In this document: positions 20,900-31,290 of the stretch, piece after piece | How the letters are laid out: the number at the start of each line of letters is the position of its first letter | Numbering within the stretch: the stretch's first letter is position 1 | Virus record (IMG/VR): IMGVR_UViG_3300016469_000277 | Span: 1-64,000 of that record | Length of the DNA: 64,000 bases | Source of the DNA: a virus | Direction: 5' to 3' (one strand) | Position numbers and translations under genes: made by a program | Notes under the pieces: model-generated | What the model saw: the letters and a program-made list of their open reading frames with translations, nothing else | What the model was told of the DNA's origin: nothing | Databases searched by the model: none

Positions 20900-23800
20900 A
20901 TGGCCTGTAGACAAGATATAAAAACCGCAATACTAAAAAAAGTATACACTAACTACATAGAAGGAAGACCTACCTACGGTAAAGTAGAGGATGGTCTTTT
21001 TATAATAACAAGTCAAAAGTATACAAAAGGTAAATCCAAAGCAGCAAGCTTAAATCAAGCTTTATTCATTGCTAGAGAACTACGTACTTTAATTGTTAAA
21101 GACTTTGGCAATAACTTAGAAGTGAATATTATTCCTCCTGAGTTTGTAGGAATTCCTGTTCAAGTAAGAGTAGCGCCTACTTATGAGTATATAGAAAAAC
21201 TTTTCTCTCAAATTGACCCAGACAAAAGAACTGAGTTTGTATCTAGAGAAGGGTTTCTTCAAAACCCCAACTTGCTTGAAAGACAGATTCTTGAAGAACT
21301 TCAAACTAAATTTATTCCTCAAGCCGACTTTATAGCCCAACAAATAAGAAAAGAAACAGACTTTATTATTTATAATGATTTTAGAAGAACTTTCTTCCAA
21401 GACCAAGCTTTATACGAACAAGAACTAGCGGAAGACCAATATCTCAGACTTGCTAAAAAACTTCCTCCTCCTATTTTAGGAGAAAAAGGCCAGTATAAAC
21501 TTTTTTCTAAAGTAGATAAAGAAGAAGTTGAGTTACTTACCGAAACAGTTGCTGCTGACCTTTTTAACTTTTTAAAAGAAAAAACTGGTTTAGCAGGCAA
21601 TGTAATAAATGATAAATCTCAAAAGTTTAAAGGCGCTGTTATAAATGGAGTACCGACAATAAATGTAGCCTATGCAGAATTAAGTGATGGGTTTCATGAG
21701 TATCTGCATCCAGTTATGATGTCTTTGAGAGTTTCTAATCCTAAACTTTTTAATAAACTTTATAACGATTTAAAGAGTTTACCCCAATGGAAAACAATTG
21801 CAGATAAAACACTGGATAGAGTGCAAAAACTTTATCCCGAACTTAAAAATATTGACGATTTTATGGAAGAAGCTTTAGTTACTGCTTTAGGGTATGCTTC
21901 TGAATTAAAATCAAATAAACAATTAGAGACAGTAAAATCTAATAGACCATTTCTTGATTGGGCAAATAATTTTTATAAATGGTTAACAGAGTTTCTACAA
22001 GGATTATTTATTAATACAGTAGATCTTTCCAGAGTAGGATTAAATACTACATTAGAAAATATAGTAGAGTGGATGACTGATACTAAGACAAGGATACTTC
22101 TAGCAGAAAATTGGCAAACCCTTGTAAACAGAGAAGAAAATATAGACAAACAACTAGAAGTTACAGAGGTAGACACTCTTAATTCATTAAGTAATAGTTT
22201 ACTTTCGGAGTTAGTTAGAGTAGATAAAACAGAAACTTTAGAAGAATACATAAACAAATGGGTAGAAAAAAAATTTAAACTAAGACAAAAAGAATATGTA
22301 CCTAAAAAGTTTGATAGAGAAAGTTTTGCATACAAAGAAGCTCAAAACTTGATTGCCACTGTTGCTACTTCAGGTTATAACTTAAATACTGAAGAAATTA
22401 AAAAACTTCCAGAAAGCACCTATCAAAAACTAGCTCAGGTAATTGAACAATTAGATTTAAGTTTTAAATTTAGTCTCTGGTTAGATAAAAAAGGAAATAC
22501 TGTAATTGCTTTAAACTCACCTTTTAAGCCAGATAATGTTCCTTCCGCTGAAATTGTAGCTGTAGATCAATTTAGAAAATTTTTACTAGAAAAATATCCA
22601 GAAAAAAAATCACTACCTGCAAATGAAATAGCTATTGAGTATAAAACCTGGGCACAAGAAAACTACGGGCTAAATGTTACTGATGCTACTGGATATGAAA
22701 GTTATGGTTTATCTAGACTTACTACTTCTTCAACTAAAAATAAAAATTACACTAGGAAGTTATTTCTTGATGATTATTTAATAAAACAAGGACATACATT
22801 TCAATTAACTTCTGAAGTGACTGGAAATGGTTTAGGTTGGTACGCATCTGTAGATATTAATAATGATGGTTTTGACCACGAGTTTCAATCGGATGTTCTT
22901 CCAGAAATTAATAAATCTTATAAAAAAGATGAATACAAATCACAAACCTATCAATTAAAAACCTCTTCTGCAAGAGAACTTGCAGAGATGGTGGCTAGAA
23001 ATAAAGTGCAAAAAGAACTTTCGTTTAGTCTAGATAGTAAAATAGCTAATGTATTAAATAATGATTTTGATTTTAGTATGGATTTAGACGTAGTTAAAAA
23101 CTATTTAATTTCTGAAATAGATGTATCTAAAGAACAAAGTTTGATGTACGGAAAAGTCTCTTCAACTTTACTAGGGTGGAAACTTACTAATAAAATTATA
23201 CTTACTTTAAAATTTCCAAAATCTGAAAACTTTAAACAATTAGAATCTTGGATAAATAAATATATAATAATTGAAACTGCTAAAGAATCAGAGTTTTTAG
23301 AAAATAGAAAATTAGAAACTGAGATGGTAGATTTGCCTTTTTCTAAAATTGCAAAAAAAATATTTCTTATGTCAAAAAAAGATACAGATAATTTCCATCA
23401 TAGTTATTATTTATCTCCAGAAGGTTTTACAAATTTACCAGAATTTTTAAAAATAGAAGTAGATAGGCATAATGCTTGGCATCAAAGTAAAGATCCATTA
23501 AGACCAGATATGCCCGCAACTATTAGTACACTAGCTGTTGTTTTTGGGCCTCACGTACATTCTTTAAATATAGCCACTTTGTATCCTTACTCAACTAAAA
23601 AACTGAGAAATTATTGGCAATTATCTAGTAGACTATCTAATGTATACTCTGTAGCTAGTGACCAAATTACTAAAACTTTTAACAAGTATAAAAAAGCAAA
23701 AAAGATTCTTAGCGGAAGTGATTTTAGAAAAAAACTTTATGAAGATACAAATAACATAGTTAAGATTCAACAATATTGGAAAAATCAATATGAAAGGTTT

Positions 23801-24565
23801 TTATCTTTTTACACTAAAGAGTACGAATTTGTAAAACAAGAAGCTCAAAACCAACTAACTGAAAAAAGTTCAGAAAATAGAGAACAGTTTTACAAAAAAT
23901 ATGTAGATATTTATAAAAAATGGTTTGATATTACTATTCAACACTCTGTAAATACTAGAAAACTACAAGGAAGAAATTATTACTATCTTCCTACTAGTCA
24001 AGCAATGGAACTAATTGAAGGTAATACTATTGCAGCTCCTCTTTATAGAAGTATTTTTGAAGTAAACAAAGAATTAACAAATTACACTCGTCACACTTTG
24101 GCTGGTTACATACAACAGAATACCCAAGAAACTACTACAGAAATTCAAAAATATTGGCCTCAAATACATACAGTTATAAATCAAGACTCTACTGTTTTTG
24201 ATATAGCAGATGCTCTTATTGCAAATACTGATTTTGTAAATAAAAGTGAAAGTTATAAAGATTATGCTTCTAAAGAAGTAGCTCTTGCAAAAGTTTCTTC
24301 TGTTGGACCTTTTTACACTGCACTTTCAAAGTTTGCCAAGAAAAACAACATCAAGTTAACTTATGAACAACCAGATTGGAGTAAAGCTGCCTTAATAAAA
24401 GTAGATCTTACTAATTATGAATATAAACCAATTGATCGTTTTTCTAAAGTAATACCCACTGCAATTGAAAAACCTTCAGACAAAAAAATAGAAGAATTTA
24501 ACGAGCTTACCTCTATCCCAGAAGTAAGAGGAGAAATATACTTTCAAACAAAAAATTGTAAATGA
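20900..24565 (+). CDS. Large polyvalent virion/ejection protein with zincin-like metallopeptidase domain
   Basis: FHEYLH (HEYLH at 21695) plus downstream EEALV; HEFQSD motif; only Cys at residues 3 and 1220. Confidence 0.7.
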   Translation: MACRQDIKTAILKKVYTNYIEGRPTYGKVEDGLFIITSQKYTKGKSKAASLNQALFIARELRTLIVKDFGNNLEVNIIPPEFVGIPVQVRVAPTYEYIEKLFSQIDPDKRTEFVSREGFLQNPNLLERQILEELQTKFIPQADFIAQQIRKETDFIIYNDFRRTFFQDQALYEQELAEDQYLRLAKKLPPPILGEKGQYKLFSKVDKEEVELLTETVAADLFNFLKEKTGLAGNVINDKSQKFKGAVINGVPTINVAYAELSDGFHEYLHPVMMSLRVSNPKLFNKLYNDLKSLPQWKTIADKTLDRVQKLYPELKNIDDFMEEALVTALGYASELKSNKQLETVKSNRPFLDWANNFYKWLTEFLQGLFINTVDLSRVGLNTTLENIVEWMTDTKTRILLAENWQTLVNREENIDKQLEVTEVDTLNSLSNSLLSELVRVDKTETLEEYINKWVEKKFKLRQKEYVPKKFDRESFAYKEAQNLIATVATSGYNLNTEEIKKLPESTYQKLAQVIEQLDLSFKFSLWLDKKGNTVIALNSPFKPDNVPSAEIVAVDQFRKFLLEKYPEKKSLPANEIAIEYKTWAQENYGLNVTDATGYESYGLSRLTTSSTKNKNYTRKLFLDDYLIKQGHTFQLTSEVTGNGLGWYASVDINNDGFDHEFQSDVLPEINKSYKKDEYKSQTYQLKTSSARELAEMVARNKVQKELSFSLDSKIANVLNNDFDFSMDLDVVKNYLISEIDVSKEQSLMYGKVSSTLLGWKLTNKIILTLKFPKSENFKQLESWINKYIIIETAKESEFLENRKLETEMVDLPFSKIAKKIFLMSKKDTDNFHHSYYLSPEGFTNLPEFLKIEVDRHNAWHQSKDPLRPDMPATISTLAVVFGPHVHSLNIATLYPYSTKKLRNYWQLSSRLSNVYSVASDQITKTFNKYKKAKKILSGSDFRKKLYEDTNNIVKIQQYWKNQYERFLSFYTKEYEFVKQEAQNQLTEKSSENREQFYKKYVDIYKKWFDITIQHSVNTRKLQGRNYYYLPTSQAMELIEGNTIAAPLYRSIFEVNKELTNYTRHTLAGYIQQNTQETTTEIQKYWPQIHTVINQDSTVFDIADALIANTDFVNKSESYKDYASKEVALAKVSSVGPFYTALSKFAKKNNIKLTYEQPDWSKAALIKVDLTNYEYKPIDRFSKVIPTAIEKPSDKKIEEFNELTSIPEVRGEIYFQTKNCK
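21502..24451 (+). repeat. 13-bp in-frame direct repeat TTTTTCTAAAGTA (FSKV) bounding a 979-codon unit
   Basis: Copies at 21502-21514 and 24439-24451; AT-rich, so chance is not excluded. Confidence 0.55.
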
Positions 24566-27500
24566 GCACCTGTATAAATAGATCTCATCCTGAGTTTAAA
24601 TCTTTAGTAAATTCTATAGGTTACTCAGAAAACGAAATAGCTGCTTTAGTCAGTTTATGGCAAAATAATAACCCCGTAGAAAGAGATGCAGACGGACAAC
24701 CTAGATTTCCTACTAGTCAAGAATTAGAAAACTACATAGCTAGTGTAAGAACTAATGAGTTCCCTAAGATGTCTGATCCTTACTTTAAGTTTATTTCTCA
24801 GTCTCTAAAAGCAAATTGGTCTGGACCTACAGGAGATAATGTATCCGGCTTACTAAATAGGTTTAAAAGATCTTTAGGAGTAGACACAGCAGGCTCAGAA
24901 GTTGTTCTCCCTGAAGAAGCGCTTAAACATCTATTATATACAGCAGAAGCTGGAGTAGTTACTAATGAAACTTTAACTCAAGCTATAGAAGCACTTAATA
25001 CTTATTTGGGATATTCTGCTTCTTACATGCAGGGAATTGCAAATAACCTAAGTAACTTTTTAAGTAAAGACTTAACCTCAAGGCAGAAAGTCTCTGCTTT
25101 GTTTTTTGCTTTTGAAATTGCAAACAACTACAAAAAACAGTTAGAAGCTATTTTCCCTAGTAACTCAGATAGTTCTTTTGCAGAGATGTCTGGGTTTTTT
25201 AAAGATCCTGCTTATACCTTCTTAATGGACAATGTAGAGAAAATAAGAAAATATGTAGGAGAAATAGAAAGGTCATACGATAGTAAATTAAAAAATGAAG
25301 TAGTTGATATTCTTTATGATTATTTAAAACCTAACACCGCAGAAGTAGATGAGATTTTTGACAAAGAAATAAGACGCTACGACGAAGCTATTCAAGCTAC
25401 TAAAGATCCTAAAATTATTCGTACTCTACAAAACTTAAAGAGAACTCAAGAGGAAAAAAAGAAAGAACAAAGAATTTCTAAAGAAAATGTAAGAAAATGG
25501 TTATCTGACCCAAGAGGCGCTGGAGTATTTAATTATTTTAGATCTAGTAAAGATATGAAAGACCCTGCAGTTCAAAACATTGCAAGTTATATCTTTAGTA
25601 TATTAGAGGACGGCAAACAAGAGTTTTATCAAGAAGTAAACGAGCTTCAAACTATTCAAGAAAGGATAGAAAAAGAAGCAAACAAAACAGTAGACTTTAG
25701 GATAGATGTTAGAAAAATTTACCGACCTTACTACCGGGAAACCGTAGACCAAAATGGAAACTTTGCTCTTGCTATTCAAACTCCTATGAAGGAGCAAGAA
25801 CTTCTAAATAAATATATCCAATTAACTAAAGCTCTAGAAGCAGCTGCCACAGAAGAAGAAAAAGATGTTTTAGAGGAAGAGCTTGAAAACTTCATGGAAA
25901 CCTACGTAGAAAGACGTTACGTAGATGCTGTTTACCAGTATAGAAAAATGCTGCCCAAAGAACTCAAAAATAAAATGAACCGCTTAAGGGCAGAAAGAAC
26001 AAACATACTTGAAGACTTAGACCCTCTTAAAATTGAAGAAGGAGACTTAATCAAGTTAAGAGAGATAGATAAACAAATTTATAATTTACAAAAAGAATAT
26101 ACAGAAGACGGGGTTTTAAAAACAGGTCAAGAGTTATTAGACGCACAACTTATTAAGGCTTATAATCAAAAAGCTGAGGAGTTAGGTATTCATAGTTTTT
26201 ATATAACTCCTGCTTCTAGAAGGAATTTTGAAATAGCTTACCAAGAACAAACAGAAAAAAATAAAGCAATTCAAGAAAGTGATGCTACTGCTGAGGAAAA
26301 AGAAGCTGCTCAACAACAATACAATAACTGGCTTTCTGTTTATACCAGGACTGTAATTAACCCTAGATTTTATTCTTACAGAAATGAAATTACTGCTGAG
26401 ATTGATGAAATCTTAAGTAAATATGAAAAATCTACAATAGGAGACTTATACAGAGATTTATTTTCTCTTTTAGCAGGTTATAGGGATAAAAACGGTGCTT
26501 ATGACGGAAGCATTGCTTCCCAGCAACTTGTAGCCAGAACCAAAGAGGTAGAAGAACAAATAGAGTCTTTAAGGCAAACAAGCAAAAACAAAAACATAAG
26601 TAGAGAAGATAAAGATCGTCTTTCTGAACTTTTTACTAAATTAAAAAATATTCAAGTAACAGCTCCTACAGAATATTACTTAGATGAGGTAGAAAGACAA
26701 AAAAATATAATTAAGTCTAAACTAGAAGCAGCTCAAGATTGGGATCCTACTGTTTTGCAAGAACAGGTAGATAAACTTTATGAAAGATCTGAATGGTTTT
26801 ATAACAATCACATCAAAGTAACCAGATACGTAGATGGAAAGAAAACCGAATCTTGGGAACCTTTATCTATTTGGAAGTTTACTATGCCTTCTCAATTAGC
26901 AGAATCAGAACTAGTAAACCAAGTAGTCCAAGAAATAAAATCTCTGCAAGCGCAAAATGATCCTTCTCTGCAAGAAGAAATAGACAAATTAAAAAAATTC
27001 AAAGTAATAGACAGGATAGCGCCTTCTAAAATTTGGTTTAGCTACGGGGTAAACAAAAAGTATGAAAACCCGAATTATAGTCCTGATTTAAAGTTTAAAA
27101 CTGTACAAGGAGCTTACTATAATGAGGAGTGGGACAAACTTACTCCTGAACAAAAAAGCATAGCTACTGATTTGTTAGCTCTTTACAGACGATCTCAAGA
27201 AAAAAACTATAAATCTAACCGACTTAACACCCTTGTTCCTTTTGTACGAAGAGACGGAACTGAAAGATTATACGATGCACTTGCTAGAACTGCTCCAGAA
27301 AAAACAAGTGAAGGGGTTAAAAAAGTTCTAAGAGGAGGACTGTTTAAAAACTTAAAAAGTTCTTTAAAAGCTATGTGGCATAGAGAAGACTTACAAGACG
27401 CTGAAGTAGACGATGTATATGGAGATGTTAACCAGGTAGATGTCTTTGGTAATCCTTTAAATAAAACGTCTAGAGCTATTTACATGAGATACACAAAACC

Positions 27501-29259
27501 TCTAGATAAAGATGTTCTGTCTTTTGATATTACAAAAAGCATAGGTCTTTACATGGGGGAAGCAGCTAGGTTTAGGTCTTTAAGAGAACATCAGTCTGAA
27601 ATTCTTGCTATGCAGAGTGTATTAGACAAAGCTTCAGGTTTAGCAGATGTTAAAAGTACTCCTCTCTATCAAAAAGCATTTAGAGTAACAAAAGATCAAG
27701 CAGTTAGTTGGTTTAAGAAAAAAGACTCTCCAGAAAGAAAAAAAGCCCTGCAAGAAAAAGCTGTTAGACAAAGGTATGAAGCCTCTCAAAATATTCATGG
27801 GTTAATCAATAGACTACTTTACGGAGAAAATATAAAGAAACTAAATTCTGAATTTTTAACTAGTATACAATCTGTTCTTAACCATGGGCTACAAATAGTA
27901 GGCAGAATGTCTATTGAGCAGAATCCTAGATCCACTGTTAAAAACTTAGTAGCTGGTATGGTTTCTAATTTGATTAATGCCGGAATTTATGATATAAGCG
28001 AAAAAGATTTAATTGCCGCACAAGTTGATGGGTTTAGAGCTGCTAAAGCTTTTTTCCTTAATCCTCAAGTAGGAAACAGACCTTATAACTTAAGGTTAAT
28101 GGATTACTTTGGAGTAATAATGGGTAGAGAGTTTGCAGAAGGTAAAAATATTAAATCTACCTTTATGCGAAAACATGGCAATCCTTTAAAGGGGGTCCAT
28201 CGTCTTAGAGAAATTACCGAGTATGAATTACAAACATCTATGGCTTACGCTATCTTAAACAAACAATACGTACAAACAGAGGATGGTCTTAATGTAAAAC
28301 TTACTGAAGCTTTTGAAATAGTAGACAACAAGCTTGTTCCTAAAGAAGGAGTTATTATCCCTGAAGGTATGATTAACCGGATAAGAACAAAAATCAAACA
28401 AGCTCTTCATACCTCTCAAGGTATATATGATCAACTTTATCAACCAGAAGGAAGTAAATATGTAACTTACAGAGTAGCTCTTTACATGGGTAAGTGGGTA
28501 ATGCCTAAAGCTGATAGGTTATTTGGAGAAGAAAAAATAAACTATGGAGCTGCTATTAGAACTCAAGGTAGTTATAATGTAATGTTTACTTGGTTAAAGC
28601 AACTAATTAGTGAACAAAATAACATTGCTGCCTCATACAAATACGCTTCCACTTCCGAAAGAAAAGCAATAAGAAGCTTAATGACACAAGCTGTTGTGTC
28701 GGCTACTTTAATTATCTTACAAAGACTTATTAAACATTGCGATGATGATGGAAGACAAGATGCTTGTGATGAGTTAAATTATTTAATAAAAGGAGTAGCA
28801 AACGAAGTTGAATCTTTAGACCCTGTACTTTGGACTCCTAGTTTTGTTTATGGGTTTGTAGATCAGAAAACAGATAAATCTTGGATAGAAAAAGGTTTTT
28901 ACAGTCTTTCTTCTCCTTTAATTAGGCTTAACCAAACCTTTAAAGAAATCTTTACTGCAATACTAGATCCTTTTGAACCTTATTACAAATATACTTCTAG
29001 TGGTAAAAAGAATTGGAATGTAACAGACCCTACTTTAGCAGGATTACCTGCAGCAGCAGTAATTGCTTTAAAATACACAGGTCTGAATCAACTTGATGTA
29101 AGTTACAGAGCAGGAGAATTTAAATCAAGACAACTTTCTTACTATAACCCTAAACTTTATATGGCAGATATGCCTACAAAAACACGTTACATTAGTAAGT
29201 CTGGAAAAGTTGCAAAGATTAAAAAAAGAAAAAAGAAAAAAGTAAAAAAGCAACGCTAA
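24562..29259 (+). CDS. Large crAss-like ejection/RNAP-associated protein
   Basis: CIN.SHPEFK.L N-terminus; coiled-coil body; hydrophobic segment followed by DDD near the C-terminus; last gene of the giant-protein block. Confidence 0.7.
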   Translation: MSTCINRSHPEFKSLVNSIGYSENEIAALVSLWQNNNPVERDADGQPRFPTSQELENYIASVRTNEFPKMSDPYFKFISQSLKANWSGPTGDNVSGLLNRFKRSLGVDTAGSEVVLPEEALKHLLYTAEAGVVTNETLTQAIEALNTYLGYSASYMQGIANNLSNFLSKDLTSRQKVSALFFAFEIANNYKKQLEAIFPSNSDSSFAEMSGFFKDPAYTFLMDNVEKIRKYVGEIERSYDSKLKNEVVDILYDYLKPNTAEVDEIFDKEIRRYDEAIQATKDPKIIRTLQNLKRTQEEKKKEQRISKENVRKWLSDPRGAGVFNYFRSSKDMKDPAVQNIASYIFSILEDGKQEFYQEVNELQTIQERIEKEANKTVDFRIDVRKIYRPYYRETVDQNGNFALAIQTPMKEQELLNKYIQLTKALEAAATEEEKDVLEEELENFMETYVERRYVDAVYQYRKMLPKELKNKMNRLRAERTNILEDLDPLKIEEGDLIKLREIDKQIYNLQKEYTEDGVLKTGQELLDAQLIKAYNQKAEELGIHSFYITPASRRNFEIAYQEQTEKNKAIQESDATAEEKEAAQQQYNNWLSVYTRTVINPRFYSYRNEITAEIDEILSKYEKSTIGDLYRDLFSLLAGYRDKNGAYDGSIASQQLVARTKEVEEQIESLRQTSKNKNISREDKDRLSELFTKLKNIQVTAPTEYYLDEVERQKNIIKSKLEAAQDWDPTVLQEQVDKLYERSEWFYNNHIKVTRYVDGKKTESWEPLSIWKFTMPSQLAESELVNQVVQEIKSLQAQNDPSLQEEIDKLKKFKVIDRIAPSKIWFSYGVNKKYENPNYSPDLKFKTVQGAYYNEEWDKLTPEQKSIATDLLALYRRSQEKNYKSNRLNTLVPFVRRDGTERLYDALARTAPEKTSEGVKKVLRGGLFKNLKSSLKAMWHREDLQDAEVDDVYGDVNQVDVFGNPLNKTSRAIYMRYTKPLDKDVLSFDITKSIGLYMGEAARFRSLREHQSEILAMQSVLDKASGLADVKSTPLYQKAFRVTKDQAVSWFKKKDSPERKKALQEKAVRQRYEASQNIHGLINRLLYGENIKKLNSEFLTSIQSVLNHGLQIVGRMSIEQNPRSTVKNLVAGMVSNLINAGIYDISEKDLIAAQVDGFRAAKAFFLNPQVGNRPYNLRLMDYFGVIMGREFAEGKNIKSTFMRKHGNPLKGVHRLREITEYELQTSMAYAILNKQYVQTEDGLNVKLTEAFEIVDNKLVPKEGVIIPEGMINRIRTKIKQALHTSQGIYDQLYQPEGSKYVTYRVALYMGKWVMPKADRLFGEEKINYGAAIRTQGSYNVMFTWLKQLISEQNNIAASYKYASTSERKAIRSLMTQAVVSATLIILQRLIKHCDDDGRQDACDELNYLIKGVANEVESLDPVLWTPSFVYGFVDQKTDKSWIEKGFYSLSSPLIRLNQTFKEIFTAILDPFEPYYKYTSSGKKNWNVTDPTLAGLPAAAVIALKYTGLNQLDVSYRAGEFKSRQLSYYNPKLYMADMPTKTRYISKSGKVAKIKKRKKKKVKKQR

Positions 29260-29260
29260 A

Positions 29261-29291
29261 CTTGACTTAATTTTTTAAAACTTTATCTTTG
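29261..29291 (+). promoter_or_regulatory. Promoter, CTTGACTT class
   Basis: TTG-N19-TATCTTTG; ATG 5 nt downstream. Confidence 0.75.
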
Positions 29292-29296
29292 AGTAT

Positions 29297-29641
29297 ATGT
29301 CAAACCAATCTAACGACAACCTTAAAATTAATCCCTGGGCACTGATTAGCTGGATACTGTTCTTTTTTTCTTTGGCTATGTTTGCTAAGTCTTGTGAGAA
29401 TGATAACAATTCTTATCTAGCTGTAAGAAAGATTGACTCTCTTTACCAAGTAATATCTAAAGTCAATACCCAGATAGACAGTTTGAAGGTTACTAGAAAA
29501 AAACTAATCTCTGAAGAAAAACGAATCCATGAAGAATCTACTAAAATTATTGAACGTATTTTGCTTGCTCCCGATTCTAGCCAGCATCTTATTACCGAAG
29601 AACTTGTACGGGACCACAGACAACTCGATTCTATTCGATAG
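29297..29641 (+). CDS. Spanin-like membrane protein (N-terminal TM plus coiled coil)
   Basis: TM helix ending AKSC, then heptad region; overlaps next gene by 113 nt. Confidence 0.5.
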   Translation: MSNQSNDNLKINPWALISWILFFFSLAMFAKSCENDNNSYLAVRKIDSLYQVISKVNTQIDSLKVTRKKLISEEKRIHEESTKIIERILLAPDSSQHLITEELVRDHRQLDSIR

Positions 29642-29951
29642 CAGTAAGCCCCAAGTAAAAGTTGATACAATTTCTAAGAAAGTTATCAACATTTATTTAA
29701 CAAAAGGACTAGAAGCTAGGAAGTTAGTTTTTGTTCTAAGAAAACAAATAAAACTAGATTCTCAAATAATCAGTTTAAAGGATACAGTTATCTCTAAATA
29801 CGTAATCCTCAATAAGGACTTGGACTCTAGGCTGAAGCAAAAAGAAAACGAACTTGTTATAGCAGTCAAAGAAGCCCAAAGAGAATATTTTTGGAAGAGG
29901 GTTTTTCAAACAACTACTTTGTTTTTTGCATCACTCTTTCTAGCAAAGTAA
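29529..29951 (+). CDS. Second spanin-like protein (signal peptide, coiled coil, C-terminal hydrophobic tail)
   Basis: Overlapping Rz/Rz1-like arrangement. Confidence 0.45.
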   Translation: MKNLLKLLNVFCLLPILASILLPKNLYGTTDNSILFDSSKPQVKVDTISKKVINIYLTKGLEARKLVFVLRKQIKLDSQIISLKDTVISKYVILNKDLDSRLKQKENELVIAVKEAQREYFWKRVFQTTTLFFASLFLAK

Positions 29952-30021
29952 ATTAAGTTAAACTTTAATTATTAGGAATTACAAAACTTGAAATTTAGTT
30001 TTGTATTCCATATACCCCAAT

Positions 30022-31290
30022 ATGGTAAGTAAGGAAATAAGAGAAGCCATAGTTCAGTTCTACAAAGAAAACCCTACGACTGAATTAAGTGCTTTTGAAG
30101 TAGCCCAAAAGTTTGGGTTAAGTTCTTCTCAACAAAACAAAGTTGCTCAGTATGTAAGGAACTTAAAAAAAGTAGCCTTTGGAACCCGCAGAAGCGGAAA
30201 AAAGATTAAACAAAAACTTACTGAAGTTCTTAATTCTCTTAGAAGCTTAAAAGAGAATTTTGAAAAAGGAACACTAGAAAGCACCATTACTACTTCTTTT
30301 GATCCAAAGACAATTGAGGATTTATACAAAGAACATCAGGTTAATCCTGAGATCTACGTTATAAAAAATTACTGGAGTAAAAAACAACCCAACGGAAACT
30401 TTACTTCAAGTGTATTCGCAGTAAGAAAAACTATTAATACAGCGGAACCCCACGAATTTGTTGAACTACTAAAAAATTATGACTCACCTTACACCCCGAT
30501 CAAAAAGAGTGAGATTTGCGTTAATTCTGCTTTTACTAGACCTTCTTGCCTTATTCTTCATCTTACTGACTTCCATCTAGACAAACAAGACATTTACGGA
30601 ACAACTCTCGAAGAAAAGAAAAAACAATTTTATGAAGTAGCAACTAAGCTTCTTTATAGAGCCTATCAGTCTAATTATATAGACGAGATAGTTTTTGTCT
30701 TAGGAAGTGATATGCTACACACAGACACTTACCAAGGAACTACAACTAACTTAACTCCACAAGACTCAAACACTACTTGGCACAATGCCTTTACTCAGGC
30801 TTTTGACATTTACGCAACGACTATTAAATTACTAACTCAGTTTTGTAATAAGTTAAACGTAATTCTTGTTCCAGGTAATCACGACAGAACTAAATCATTT
30901 TATCTAGCTTATGGCTTGGAAAAATACTTTGAAACAGACGATAACATATTATTCGATACGAATCCTATGCCTCGTAAGGTATTTACTTATGGCTCTACCT
31001 TTATAGGACTTCATCACGGAGATTGTAAGATTACAGATCTTCCGCTTATCTTTGCAAAAGAATACTGTAAAGAATGGGGACAATGTACCTATCACCAGAT
31101 TCTAACCGGGGATAAACATCACTTGTTTGAAAAAGAAATTCAAGGAGTTCGCATTCGTCAGTTGCCTTCTCTTTCAAAAGAGGATAATTGGCACAACCAA
31201 TCTAATTATGTTAACGCAGTTAAAGCAGCTATGGCAATCGTCTACGACAAAGAATATGGTTGCTGTATGACTATAGAGGAGAGACTATAA
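30022..31290 (+). CDS. Calcineurin-like metallophosphoesterase with N-terminal HTH-like region
   Basis: TDFH, GSDMLH, PGNHD, HHGD, GDKHH motifs; ATG at 30022 preferred over TTG at 30001. Confidence 0.85.
   Translation: MVSKEIREAIVQFYKENPTTELSAFEVAQKFGLSSSQQNKVAQYVRNLKKVAFGTRRSGKKIKQKLTEVLNSLRSLKENFEKGTLESTITTSFDPKTIEDLYKEHQVNPEIYVIKNYWSKKQPNGNFTSSVFAVRKTINTAEPHEFVELLKNYDSPYTPIKKSEICVNSAFTRPSCLILHLTDFHLDKQDIYGTTLEEKKKQFYEVATKLLYRAYQSNYIDEIVFVLGSDMLHTDTYQGTTTNLTPQDSNTTWHNAFTQAFDIYATTIKLLTQFCNKLNVILVPGNHDRTKSFYLAYGLEKYFETDDNILFDTNPMPRKVFTYGSTFIGLHHGDCKITDLPLIFAKEYCKEWGQCTYHQILTGDKHHLFEKEIQGVRIRQLPSLSKEDNWHNQSNYVNAVKAAMAIVYDKEYGCCMTIEERL

Noticed and set aside
1656-28443. Many 60-130 aa - strand ORFs within the giant genes
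   Set aside because: Antisense shadows of long coding frames with no motifs or expression signals
1603-29965. AGTTAAACTT near-palindrome in two intergenic regions (about 1603 and 29956) as an operator
   Set aside because: Only two AT-rich copies; not distinguishable from chance without a genome-wide scan
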